DNA from: a bacterium HR11
GTDB taxonomy: Bacteria > Acidobacteriota > HRBIN11
NCBI GenBank assembly: GCA_002898535.1
Contig: BEHN01000005.1
Coordinates: 35,439-99,438 of the forward strand
Direction of reading: 5' to 3'
Length of the DNA: 64,000 nucleotides
In this document: piece by piece, positions 1 to 8,593 of the stretch
Layout of the letters: each line of letters begins with the position of its first letter
Numbering within the stretch: position 1 is the stretch's first letter
Program-made: the position numbers and the translations under genes
The notes under the pieces: generated by a model
What the model saw: only the letters and a program-made list of their open reading frames with translations
What the model was told of the DNA's origin: nothing
The model's database searches: none

Positions 1-669
1 CTCCAACAGCTTCGTCATCTCGGCCGCCTCGGGCGAGGAGACCTCGACGACCCGCTCGACGAACTGGCGATAGAACAGGCTGGCCAGCCAACGGCACACG
101 GGCGTCAGGCCCCCGACGACCTTGGGCGTGTTCCGCAGGCCGAAGCGGGGATTCCCGGGGTCGATGCGCTCGGGCGAGAAGGCGACGGCGTAATCCTGGC
201 CGACCTGAAGTCCCCGGGCGGCGAGAGCCCCCTGAAGGACTTCTCGGGTCGTCCCCGGGTAGGTCGTGCTCTCCAGGACGATCAGTTGGTCCTCGTGGAG
301 GTGCTCGGCGACCGTCTGGGCGGCCTGGATGACGTAAGAAAGGTCGGGGTCCCGATGCTTGCTGAGGGGCGTCGGCACGCAGATGACGACGACGTCGGCC
401 CGGTCCAGGACCTCGGGTCGGTCCGACACCGTCAGGCGGCCCTCGGCCAGGGCGGCCCGGAACACTTCCGGGCGGACGTGATAGGTCGTCAGGTCCCCCG
501 CCTGGACGAGACGGACCTTTCGGGGATCGACGTCCAGGCCCAGGACGGGAAAACCCGTCTCGAGGAGGGCTTCGACGAGGGGCAGGCCCACGTAGCCCAG
601 GCCCATCACGCAAACCCGCGCTCGATGGTCTGCGATGCGAGCGGCCAGGGCGGTCAAACGCGTCGGCAT
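1..669 (-). CDS. nucleotide-sugar dehydrogenase (UDP-glucose/GDP-mannose dehydrogenase family), N-terminal portion; 3' end lies outside the window
   Basis: Own minus-strand translation from ATG (cat 667-669): MPTRLTALAARIADHRARVCVMGLGYVGLPLVEAL...VVICVPTPL...LESTTYPGTT. Shows Rossmann GxGxxG and family motifs. Not in the ORF track because it runs off the edge. Confidence 0.8.
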   Translation of the reverse strand, partial: MPTRLTALAARIADHRARVCVMGLGYVGLPLVEALLETGFPVLGLDVDPRKVRLVQAGDLTTYHVRPEVFRAALAEGRLTVSDRPEVLDRADVVVICVPTPLSKHRDPDLSYVIQAAQTVAEHLHEDQLIVLESTTYPGTTREVLQGALAARGLQVGQDYAVAFSPERIDPGNPRFGLRNTPKVVGGLTPVCRWLASLFYRQFVERVVEVSSPEAAEMTKLLE

Positions 670-770
670 CGGGGGAGACAGGTCCGGGTGGTCCGCCAAT
701 CCATCCCTCCCGGGGGCGTTAGGGACTATCATAGTCATCGGAGACTATCATACGGGGACGCCGGAAGAGG

Positions 771-1907
771 ATGCAAGGTGGGAATATGGAAAAGCGGCGT
801 CAGATGAGGACAGCCGTTCTGTCGGTCCAGGCCGGACGCGTGGCCCTGATCGGGATGACCCGGGCCGAACTGCGGGCCTGGGCGACCGCCCAGGGCTGGC
901 CGGCCTATCGGGGAGACCAGCTCTTTATGTGGCTGTATGCCCGGCAGGCCCGGTCCTTTGACGGGATGACGGACCTGCCGCGGGCCCTCCGGGAGGCCCT
1001 GACCGAGAGGGCCGTCATCGAGTGGCCCGAGCCCCTCCGTCGAGACGTCGCCGACGACGGGACCGTCAAATACGTCCTGCGCCTGACCGACGGGGCCGTC
1101 GTCGAGACCGTCTTCATGCCCCGTCCCGACGGCCGGGCGACCGTCTGCGTCAGCACGCAGGTCGGATGTCCGATGGGCTGTCGCTTCTGCGTGACGGGCG
1201 CGATGGGCTTCGGACGCAACCTGACGGCCGGCGAGATCGTCGGCCAGGTCCTCGTCGTCCGGGCCGACCACCCGGAAGTCGTCGGCTGGAACGTGGTCCT
1301 GATGGGCATGGGCGAGCCCCTCCTGAATCTGGACGCCGTCGAGAAGGCCCTCGACATCCTGTGGGACCCCCGGGGCCTGGGCATCGGACCCCGGCACACG
1401 ACGGTCTCGACCGTCGGCATCGTCCCCGGCATTCGCCGACTGATGACCCGCCCGGTCCGTCCCCGGCTGGCCGTCTCGCTCCATGCGCCCGAGCCGGCCC
1501 TGCGGGCCCGGCTCGTCCCCGTCGAGCGCAAGTACGGCCTCTTCGAGCTGATGCAGGCCCTTCGGGAGGTCCCCCTGGAGACCCGCCGGGAGTGGGTCAC
1601 CATCGAGTACACCCTGATCGGTGGCGTCAACGACCGGCCCGAGCACGCCCGGCGCCTGGCCCGTCTCGTGAGACCCCTCCGGTGCAAGGTGAACCTGATT
1701 CCCTACAATCCGGCCCCCATCTTCCCCTTGGAGGAGCCGACCCCGGAGGCCGTCGAGGCGTTCGCCCGTATCCTGCGGTCCCACGGTCTGACCGTGACGG
1801 TCCGTCAGAATCGGGGCCGCCGGGTGATGGCCGCCTGCGGTCAGTTGGGCTACGAGTTCGTCCGCCCGGAGGCCCGGGGGCCTGCCGAAGGCACGACGGG
1901 CCCTTAG
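771..1907 (+). CDS. rlmN: radical-SAM 23S rRNA/tRNA adenine-C2 methyltransferase RlmN
   Basis: 378-aa ORF with radical-SAM CxxxCxxC in VGCPMGCRFCVTG and C-terminal MAACGQL. RlmN-like N-terminus (YRGDQLFMWLY). Start could also be ATG 786 or 804. Confidence 0.9.
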   Translation: MQGGNMEKRRQMRTAVLSVQAGRVALIGMTRAELRAWATAQGWPAYRGDQLFMWLYARQARSFDGMTDLPRALREALTERAVIEWPEPLRRDVADDGTVKYVLRLTDGAVVETVFMPRPDGRATVCVSTQVGCPMGCRFCVTGAMGFGRNLTAGEIVGQVLVVRADHPEVVGWNVVLMGMGEPLLNLDAVEKALDILWDPRGLGIGPRHTTVSTVGIVPGIRRLMTRPVRPRLAVSLHAPEPALRARLVPVERKYGLFELMQALREVPLETRREWVTIEYTLIGGVNDRPEHARRLARLVRPLRCKVNLIPYNPAPIFPLEEPTPEAVEAFARILRSHGLTVTVRQNRGRRVMAACGQLGYEFVRPEARGPAEGTTGP

Positions 1908-1916
1908 ACGATAAAT

Positions 1917-2095
1917 CCGACCATAGACCATAGACCCCAGACCATGGACCATAGACCGGCTTGGGCCAGTCCATGGTCGATGATCCGTGGTCGATGGTCT
2001 GGGGTCTTTGGTCGGACATCGAGGGTCCGAACCCGGTCCCGTCGGATTTGCGAGACCGGTTCTACTCACCATCCGCCCTTCCCCATGCCCCATTC
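1917..2095. repeat. partial B-type element: GACCAYR heptamer hairpin around loop CTTGGGCC, plus a GAGGGTCCGA..CGGATTT module
   Basis: Collinear with the internal part of the elements at 7454-7796 and 47442-47768 and the partial copy at 13197-13367. Confidence 0.6.
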
Positions 2096-2182
2096 CTTAG
2101 CAGAGCCGTTCGGTCGGGAGAAATGCGGTTCCCATCCGGGAAAAACGGTGGCCCGGCGATCTCGATTGTTCAAGCTTGTTAA

Positions 2183-2355
2183 GGATGACACCGCCATGAC
2201 GGGCGGTGTTCAGAGGGGATGACACCGCCATCCCTGGCGGTGTTCGGAGCGGATGACACCGCCATGGCTGGCGGTGTTCAGATGGGATTGACACCGCCAT
2301 CTCTGGCGGTGTTCGGAGGGGATTGACATGGCCATGACGGGCGGTGCATGAGGAG
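2183..2355 (+). repeat. tandem array of five 34-35 bp hairpin units (GGATGACACCGCC-ATGACG-GGCGGTGTTCAGAGG)
   Basis: GAT phase markers at 2184, 2218, 2252, 2286 and 2321. Each unit is an 8-bp inverted repeat ACACCGCC/GGCGGTGT with a variable 6-nt loop. There are no spacers. Confidence 0.85.
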
Positions 2356-2435
2356 GACGCCCGCAGGACGGCGGGCTCTCTACGAAAGGCACCGGCATGA
2401 CGGCCGGTGGGCCGGGGATCGACGCCCGTCTCTCG

Positions 2436-2560
2436 ACCTGCCCATCTGCCGACCTGCCCATCTGCCCACCTGCCCACCTGCCAAATGCCCATCGCCCGAC
2501 CGGCCGACCTGCCCACCTGCCCATCTGCCCACCTGCCCACCTGCCCAACTGCCGAATGCC
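2436..2560 (+). repeat. tandem octamer array CTGCCCAY (about 15 units)
   Basis: Direct reading: ctgcccat ctgccgac ctgcccat ctgcccac ctgcccac ... The same octamer arrays recur at 5391-5449, 7105-7235, 10417-10475, 10860-10950, 22462-22500, 23205-23270, 56798-56830 and 63150-63180. Confidence 0.85.
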
Positions 2561-2837
2561 TGAGACATCGTGCCTTCGTGGAGGCGCCCTTTCCGCTTCC
2601 CATCGCACTTCTCACCTCCCGGACGGCTCTGTTAGGGATGTTCTCATGGGGTTTGCCTTTCGGGCAGGTGTGTGGTAGATTAGGCCTATCCACGCGTCGT
2701 CGGGCACGGGCCATGGTGCCCTGGGAGGGCCGGATGAGGGGAAGGAGGACTTCTCCGACGGGGAGGGGCGTGGTTTCTCCGCAAAGTCGTCGGATTCGGC
2801 CCTGCCTGGACTGATTCCTCAGACGCAGGGACTCCTT

Positions 2838-4025
2838 ATGGGTCGGGACCTGTTCGCGAAATGCTATGCTTATGAAGACGCCCGGCGGGCCCGGGCGGCG
2901 GGCTGGTACCCCTACTTCGTCGAGATCCAGGCGTCGACGGGGGCCGAGATCGTCATCGACGGCAAGCCCCGGGTCAACCTGGGGAGCAACAACTACCTGG
3001 GGCTGACGCATCATCCGGAGGTCATCGCGGCGGCCAAGCGGGCCCTGGACAAGTACGGCACGAGTTGCACGGGGAGCCGCTTCCTGAACGGGACGCTGGA
3101 CCTCCATGTGGAAGCCGAACGGCGCTTGGCCGAGTTTGTCGGCAAGCCGGCGGCGTTGGTCTTTTCGACGGGCTACCAGACGAACCTGGGGGTCATCGCC
3201 ACGCTGGTCGGCAAGGACGACGTCGTCATCATCGACAAGCTGAATCACGCCAGTATCGTCGACGGCTGTCGGATGGCCTTCGGGGAGACGCTCCGGTTTC
3301 GGCACAACGACCTGGAGGACCTCGAGCGGGCGCTTCAGCGGGCCGAGGACCGGGGCAAGCTGGTCGTCGTCGACGGCGTCTTCAGCATGGAGGGGGACAT
3401 CGTAGACCTGCCGGGCGTCGTCGAGGTATGTCAGCGGTATGGGGCCCGTCTGATGGTCGACGACGCCCACGCGATGGGCGTCCTGGGACCGACGGGGGCC
3501 GGGACGGCCGAGCACTTCGGCCTGACGGACCGGGTCGACCTCATCATGGCGACCTTCAGCAAGTCTTTTGCCAGCATCGGGGGCTTTGTCGCCGGGGAGT
3601 TTGAGGTCATCGACTATCTCAAGCACCATGCCCGGAGTCTGATCTTCAGCGCCAGCATCCCGCCGGCGGCCATCGCCACGGTCCTGGCCGCCCTGGAGGT
3701 CATGAAGCGGGAGCCCGAGCGCCGTCAGCGCCTGTGGGAGAACGCCCGGTTTCTCCTGAAGGGCTTGAAGGAGCTGGGATACAACACGGGGGACACGCAG
3801 ACGCCGATCATTCCGGTCATCATCGGGGACAACCTGACGACGTTTCGGTTCTGGCGGGAGCTCTTCGACGAGGGCGTTTACGGCAACCCGGTCATCGCCC
3901 CGGCCGTCCCGGAGGGCACGGCCCGCATCCGTCTGAGTTGCATGGCCATCCACACGGAGGCCCAGCTCAGCTTTGCCCTCGAGAAGCTCCAGAAGGTCGG
4001 CCGCCGGATGGGATTGATTCCGTAG
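2838..4025 (+). CDS. PLP-dependent alpha-oxoamine synthase, serine-palmitoyltransferase/Kbl/BioF family
   Basis: 395 aa with [22 protein letters not shown] and the PLP-lysine motif [17 protein letters not shown] and [10 protein letters not shown] resemble bacterial SPT. Confidence 0.8.
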   Translation: MGRDLFAKCYAYEDARRARAAGWYPYFVEIQASTGAEIVIDGKPRVNLGSNNYLGLTHHPEVIAAAKRALDKYGTSCTGSRFLNGTLDLHVEAERRLAEFVGKPAALVFSTGYQTNLGVIATLVGKDDVVIIDKLNHASIVDGCRMAFGETLRFRHNDLEDLERALQRAEDRGKLVVVDGVFSMEGDIVDLPGVVEVCQRYGARLMVDDAHAMGVLGPTGAGTAEHFGLTDRVDLIMATFSKSFASIGGFVAGEFEVIDYLKHHARSLIFSASIPPAAIATVLAALEVMKREPERRQRLWENARFLLKGLKELGYNTGDTQTPIIPVIIGDNLTTFRFWRELFDEGVYGNPVIAPAVPEGTARIRLSCMAIHTEAQLSFALEKLQKVGRRMGLIP

Positions 4026-4050
4026 AGAGGGGGCGGATGGGCCGTTTTCA

Positions 4051-4123
4051 TCCAAGCCCCACTCGTCGGAGAGCGGGGTCGCAGCCATTTGTCCAAGCCC
4101 CGCTCGGTAGAGCGGGGTCGCAA
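4051..4123 (+). repeat. two tandem REP-like hairpins (TCCAAGCCCCGCTC-nnnn-GAGCGGGGTCGCA)
   Basis: Copies at 4051-4083 and 4092-4123. The same CCCCGCTC/GAGCGGGG palindrome recurs at 9377-9398, 12290-12320, 37002-37025, 37735-37755 and 37865-37890. Confidence 0.75.
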
Positions 4124-4212
4124 GATGGACCCCGGACTCCAGACGATTCGTCGCTCGCTACTTCAACGTGGGGGACCTGATTCCCCGGCCCCGAACACCC
4201 AATCCCGAGGCA

Positions 4213-5343
4213 ATGGGTCTTATCGTTCGTCCGGTCGAGTCGTATCGGGACCTGGCGGCCTTCATCGACCTGCCGTGGCGGCTGTACGGCCCGTCGGACC
4301 CCTGGGTCCCGCCGCTCCGGGTCGAGATGAAGAAGCGGCTGGACCCCCGCAAGCATCCCTTCTTCGAACACGGCATGGCCGAGTACTTTGTCGCATGGCA
4401 GGACGGCCGTCCGGTCGGGCGGGTGGCCGCCATTCGCAACGAGCTCCACGAGTGGTATCACCACGAGCCCGTCGGCTTCTTCGGCTTCTTTGAATGCGTC
4501 CCCGACCCGGCCGTCGCCCGGGCGTTGATGGACAGCGTCTTTGAATGGCTCCGGGCTTGGGGCCTGCAGTCCGTCCGGGGACCGATGAACTTTTCGACCA
4601 ACGAGGAGTGCGGCCTCCTCGTCGAGGGCTTCGACCGACCGCCGGCCGTCCTGATGCCCTACAACCCGCCGTACTACGCCGAATTCCTCGAGGCCCTCGG
4701 CTTCCGGAAGGCCAAGGACCTCTGGGCCTGGGAGGTCGACAAGACGACCATCCGGATAGACGAGGTCGTCGCCCTGGGCGAGCGCGTCGCCCAGAAGTGG
4801 GGTCCCCGACTGACGGTCCGGACGCTTCAGCTCCGGCGGCTCGAGGAGGAGGCCGACGTCCTGCGAAGCATTTACAACGACGCCTGGTGTCGGAACTGGG
4901 GCTTTGTCCCCATGCTCCACCGGGAGTTCGTGGCCATCGCCCGGGACTTGAAGCCCATCGCCGACCCCGACCTGGCGCTGGTCGCCGAGTGGGACGGCCG
5001 GCCGGTCGCTTTCACGATCGGGATTCCCGACGTCTATGAGGTCCTGCGGCGGATTCCCGACGGTCGGCTCCTTCCCTTCGGTTGGTGGACGCTCCTGCGG
5101 GGCCTCCGACGGATTCAGGGCTTTCGGGTCATCACGTTGGGCGTCCGGCACGATTTCCGCCACCGGGGGATCGAGATTTTGCTGTACTCGGAGCTGTACC
5201 AGCGGGGTGCCCGCAAGGGTTACACCCACGCCGAGTTCTCCTGGATCCTAGAGGACAACGACTTGATGAACCGTCCCCTCGAGCGCATCGGCGCCCGGCG
5301 GACGAAGGTCTACCGCATCTACGAACGACCGCTCGGGGAATAG
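4213..5343 (+). CDS. GNAT-fold acyltransferase-like protein (uncharacterised ~380-aa family)
   Basis: ORF 4168..5343. ATG 4213 gives MGLIVRPVESYRDLAAFIDLPWRLY, typical of this family's N-terminus. C-terminal RHRGIEILLY is a GNAT-like acyl-CoA loop. Function not inferable. Confidence 0.6.
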   Translation: MGLIVRPVESYRDLAAFIDLPWRLYGPSDPWVPPLRVEMKKRLDPRKHPFFEHGMAEYFVAWQDGRPVGRVAAIRNELHEWYHHEPVGFFGFFECVPDPAVARALMDSVFEWLRAWGLQSVRGPMNFSTNEECGLLVEGFDRPPAVLMPYNPPYYAEFLEALGFRKAKDLWAWEVDKTTIRIDEVVALGERVAQKWGPRLTVRTLQLRRLEEEADVLRSIYNDAWCRNWGFVPMLHREFVAIARDLKPIADPDLALVAEWDGRPVAFTIGIPDVYEVLRRIPDGRLLPFGWWTLLRGLRRIQGFRVITLGVRHDFRHRGIEILLYSELYQRGARKGYTHAEFSWILEDNDLMNRPLERIGARRTKVYRIYERPLGE

Positions 5344-5390
5344 ACGTCTCAGATTAAGGGTTCCAGGTCCCGGGTGCCGGGTCCCAAGAT

Positions 5391-5449
5391 TGGGAATTCG
5401 GTAATTCGGCAGTTCGGCAGATGGGCAGATAGGCCGGTGGGCATTTGCA
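5391..5449 (-). repeat. octamer/heptamer array (GGCAGWT, GGGCAGAT), reverse orientation of the CTGCCCAY type
   Basis: Direct reading in the gap between the GNAT-like gene and glmU. Confidence 0.7.
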
Positions 5450-5559
5450 TCTCGACGCCGCCCACCCGCGCGGGGCCGCCGTTCCAACGTGACGTCGTGA
5501 CGACGGGACGGAGTCCAGGCACGACCCCAGGCTCTGGACCATTCGCCATTCACTACCCG

Positions 5560-6984
5560 CTATTCGCCCGGTGAGGTCGGATGACCCTGGGCGCGGCGTC
5601 GGCGGCGTTCGACCCAGCCCTCCTTGTTTTCCTGCCGGGCCCGGGCGATGGCCAGGCTATCGGGCGGCACGTCTCGCGTGATCGTCGAGCCGGCCGCCAC
5701 GTAAGCGCCCCGACCGACCCGGACCGGCGCCACGAGCTGGCTGTCGCTCCCGATGAAGACGTCGTCCTCGATGACCGTCGGGTGCTTCTGAAAGCCGTCG
5801 TAGTTGCAGGTGATCGTGCCGGCCCCGACGTTGACGTTCCGGCCGACGGTGGCGTCCCCCAGGTATGTCAGGTGCAGGGCCTTCGAGCCGGTCCCGATGC
5901 GGCTGTTCTTGACCTCGACGAAGTTGCCGATGCGGGCTTCCGCTTCCAGGACCGTCCCCGGCCGGAGGCGGGCCATCGGGCCGACCTGGCACCGGTCGCC
6001 GACGAGGCTCCCCTCGATGACGCTGTGGTCCCACACGACGGCGTCGGCCCCGACCCGGCTGTCCCGAATCCGGACGCCCGGGTAGAGGACCGTCCGGTCG
6101 CCGATGACCGTCGCGCCCTCCAGGACGACGTCCGGGTAGACGACGACGTCGGCACCCAGGACGACGTCGGCGCCCAGCCAGACCCGGTCGGGGGCCAGGA
6201 AGTGAACGCCCCGCCGGACCCACTCTCGAACGACCTGCCGGGCCAAGACGTCTTGAACAGTGTGAAGTTCCTCCCACGTGTTTACGCCGAGGGCCTCGGC
6301 CGGGTCTTGCAGACGGTAACCGACGACGGGCCGTCCGTCGGCGACCATCCGGGCGACCACGTCCGTCAGGTAGTATTCGCCCTTGTCCGGATGCGGCGTC
6401 AGCCGTTCCAGGTACTCGACCAGGAGGGGCCACTCGGCGATGTACACGCCCAGGTTGACCTCCGGGATGGCCCGCTCGGCCGGGTCGCATTCGGCCCATT
6501 CCCGGACGGCTCGGACCCGGCCGTGCTCGTCCCGGAGGACCCGTCCGTAGGCGGCGGGGTCGGCGAGCACGCCCGTCGCCAGGGTCAGGGCCGCCCCCGC
6601 CCGCCAGTGGGCTTCATGGAGAGACCGGATCGTCTCGGGCCGGACCGCCGGGGTGTCGCCGTTGATGATGAGGACAGGTCCCTGATAGTCCTCCAAGACA
6701 GGCCGGGCCTGCAGGACGGCGTCGCCCGTCCCCCGGGGCACGGCCTGGACGGCCCACCGGAGGGGGGCGTCGGGCACTTCCCGTCGGACCTGCTCGACCA
6801 CGGGTCCATCGGCGTCGGCGACGACGACCACGACGGGGTCCACGTCGGCCTGCCGACACCGGCGGACGACCCATCCGACGACGGACCGGCCCAAGAGCGG
6901 GAACAAGAGTTTCTGCCGGCCGGCCTTAAAGCGCGTGCTCTGGCCGGCGGCCAGGACGATACCGGCGATCCTCTCCGCACGCAT
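5560..6984 (-). CDS. glmU: bifunctional UDP-N-acetylglucosamine pyrophosphorylase / glucosamine-1-phosphate N-acetyltransferase
   Basis: LAAGQSTRFK nucleotidyltransferase motif and C-terminal left-handed beta-helix hexapeptide repeats. True start MRAERIAGIVLAAG at cat 6982-6984. The 94 upstream codons of ORF 5560..7266 read through octamer repeats and are rejected. Confidence 0.9.
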   Translation of the reverse strand: MRAERIAGIVLAAGQSTRFKAGRQKLLFPLLGRSVVGWVVRRCRQADVDPVVVVVADADGPVVEQVRREVPDAPLRWAVQAVPRGTGDAVLQARPVLEDYQGPVLIINGDTPAVRPETIRSLHEAHWRAGAALTLATGVLADPAAYGRVLRDEHGRVRAVREWAECDPAERAIPEVNLGVYIAEWPLLVEYLERLTPHPDKGEYYLTDVVARMVADGRPVVGYRLQDPAEALGVNTWEELHTVQDVLARQVVREWVRRGVHFLAPDRVWLGADVVLGADVVVYPDVVLEGATVIGDRTVLYPGVRIRDSRVGADAVVWDHSVIEGSLVGDRCQVGPMARLRPGTVLEAEARIGNFVEVKNSRIGTGSKALHLTYLGDATVGRNVNVGAGTITCNYDGFQKHPTVIEDDVFIGSDSQLVAPVRVGRGAYVAAGSTITRDVPPDSLAIARARQENKEGWVERRRRRAQGHPTSPGE

Positions 6985-7027
6985 AGCCTGCCTCCCTGAT
7001 GACGGTCCCAGGTGCCAGGAAAGATAA

Positions 7028-7449
7028 CACAGCCGTTCGGTTCGTGAGAATGGCGTCAGAACAATCTTTTCTATCCCCCGGAAAGCGCGATGTTTCAAGC
7101 ATTCGGCGGGTGGGCAGTCGGCCGACGGGCAGGTGGGCAGGTCGGCAGATGGGCAGGTGGCAAATGGGCAGGTGGGCAGATGGGCAGTCGGCAGGTCGGC
7201 AGATGGGCATTTGGCAGGTGGGCAGGTCGAGAGACGGGCGTCGATCCCCGGCACACCGGCCGTCATGCCGGTGGCTTCCGTAGAGAGCCCGCCGTCATGG
7301 GGGCGTCATCTTCGTGAACCGCCCGTCCTGGCCGGGTCGATCCCCTCCGAACACCGCCCGTCATGGCGGTGTCATCCTTAGCAAATCGAGATCGCCGGGC
7401 CACCGTTTTCCCGGATGGGAACCGCATTTCTCCCAACCGAACGGCTCTG
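7028..7449 (-). mobile_element. A-type composite element, copy A2 (inverted, 422 bp; one hairpin unit, long octamer array)
   Basis: Termini CACAGCCGTTCGG (7028-7040) and CCGAACGGCTCTG (7437-7449). The L-module at 7375-7449 is the reverse complement of 2101-2190. Confidence 0.65.
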
Positions 7450-7453
7450 ATAA

Positions 7454-7796
7454 CAGAGCCGTTCGGCCCGTGAGAATGGCGTCGGAACAACCTTTCCCAT
7501 CGCCCGGGGAGCCCGATGTTTCAAAGGAACGGAGGGATGGACCATAGACCCCAGACCATAGACCGGCTTGGGCCCAGGGGACCATGGTCTATGGTCCATG
7601 GTCCGTGGTCTGGGGTCCGATATCGAGGGTCCGATCCCGGTCTCGTCGGATTTATGAGACTGGTTCGATGGAAGGATAATCCCGACCGGCCCGTCGGCCC
7701 AAGACCGTGGCTCGTCCCTCCGTCCCTTCAAAAACCGCCGCCCCGAAGGGTCGGAAAAGCCGATCCGTTCGGGATTCTCACGGACCAAAGGCTCTG
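7454..7796 (+). mobile_element. B-type MITE-like element, copy B1 (343 bp)
   Basis: Left terminus CAGAGCCGTTCGG (7454-7466), right terminus ...CAAAGGCTCTG (to 7796). ~75-nt end modules flank a GACCAYR heptamer hairpin and a conserved GATATCGAGGGTCCGATCCCGGTCTCGTCGGATTTATGAGAC module. Collinear with the reverse complement of 47442-47768. Confidence 0.75.
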
Positions 7797-8348
7797 CCAA
7801 GCGCCTTCCCTTCCCGTACCCTCCCGGGGTCTGGGGTCCGGTACCCGGGAGCTGTCGGGATTCTTCGGCGGCCACTCGAAGGTCACCGGCTGGCCGACCG
7901 ACAGCTTCCACTTCCGGACGGACCCGGCCGGGACCTCGAGGACGTATCGGGCCCGCCGGAGTGGCGCATAGGTCGGGCATGGGTCCGCCTTGCAGGGCGG
8001 GACGTCTTCCAGGATGAAGGCGACCGTCTTGTCCGAACCGATCCATATCATGTCGAGGGGGATCCGGGTGTTCTTCATCCAGAAGGGCCAGAAGTCTTCG
8101 GTATCGAATACGAAGAGCATTCCCCGGTCGGCCGGCAGGCGGGTCCGGAACATGAGACCCCGCTGGCGGGCCGCGTCCGTCGCCGCCACCTCGACGGTGA
8201 TACACACGCCCTTCTTGACGCACAGCCGGATTTCGGGCAGTTTCTCGGCCTCGCGCTCGGCGGTCCGGCCGGCCGACCCGTTCAGGCCGAGGGCTACCGA
8301 TGCAACGATGACCCATGGCGGCAATCGGAAAATCCATCGAGACCGCAT
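7728..8348 (-). CDS. DUF192 domain protein with signal peptide
   Basis: MRSRWIFRLPPWVIVASVALG signal-like N-terminus, then GLMFR...MLFVF...FWMKNTRIPLDMIW DUF192 core. ATG 8348 is preceded by GAGGTG. The last 22 codons and the stop lie inside element B1. Confidence 0.75.
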   Translation of the reverse strand: MRSRWIFRLPPWVIVASVALGLNGSAGRTAEREAEKLPEIRLCVKKGVCITVEVAATDAARQRGLMFRTRLPADRGMLFVFDTEDFWPFWMKNTRIPLDMIWIGSDKTVAFILEDVPPCKADPCPTYAPLRRARYVLEVPAGSVRKWKLSVGQPVTFEWPPKNPDSSRVPDPRPREGTGREGAWQSLWSVRIPNGSAFPTLRGGGF

Positions 8349-8593
8349 AGACGACACCTCGGGCGGAGGTGCAGGATGGGAATGTGAAGTGAACTCCCAG
8401 CTCCGCTCGCAGGTAGCAAGTCGAGAGATTGTATCAGACGCTGGCGCCGCGATGAAGGGCCGGCCGTGCCTCGGTCCGATGGGCCGTGGGACGCTCGGTG
8501 TCGAACGGCCGGTCCCGACCCCGCATCGTTGAACTCCGGTCGGGAACCGCCTAACTATATACGGACACCGTCCGAGGCCTTTGAGGTCGTCCG

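Larger units (their letters stand above)
2101..2631 (+). mobile_element. A-type composite MITE-like element, copy A1 (531 bp, non-coding)
   Basis: Termini CAGAGCCGTTCGG (2101-2113) and CCGGACGGCTCTG (2619-2631) are inverted repeats. Internal order is ~90-nt L-module, hairpin-unit array, GC-hairpin middle, octamer array, tail. This order is collinear with 7028-7449 (inverted), 10529-10955 and 56629-56904. Confidence 0.65.

Noticed and set aside
2183-2355. The 34-35 bp palindromic direct repeats (also 10610-10780) looked at first like a CRISPR array.
   Set aside because: The repeat period equals the repeat length, so there are no spacers. There are no cas genes, and the arrays are internal parts of a dispersed element with inverted termini.
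2348-2678. ORFs encoding Pro/Cys-rich repeat peptides (PTCPPAHLPTCP...), recurring at 5349-5553, 6926-7283, 10735-10960 and 22917-23316.
   Set aside because: They arise from the CTGCCCAY octamer arrays. They occur in several frames and both orientations in many intergenic gaps, and lack RBS or consistent starts, so they are translation artefacts of tandem repeats.
6985-7266. N-terminal extensions of real genes in the ORF track (glmU to 7266, rlmI from 10701, sufD from 21006, dxr to 33949, comEC to 30426, lipB to 39502, sufU from 22674, Rieske from 23273).
   Set aside because: The extensions read through repeat modules or overlap upstream genes. Internal ATG/GTG starts give family-typical N-termini and sensible RBS and spacing.
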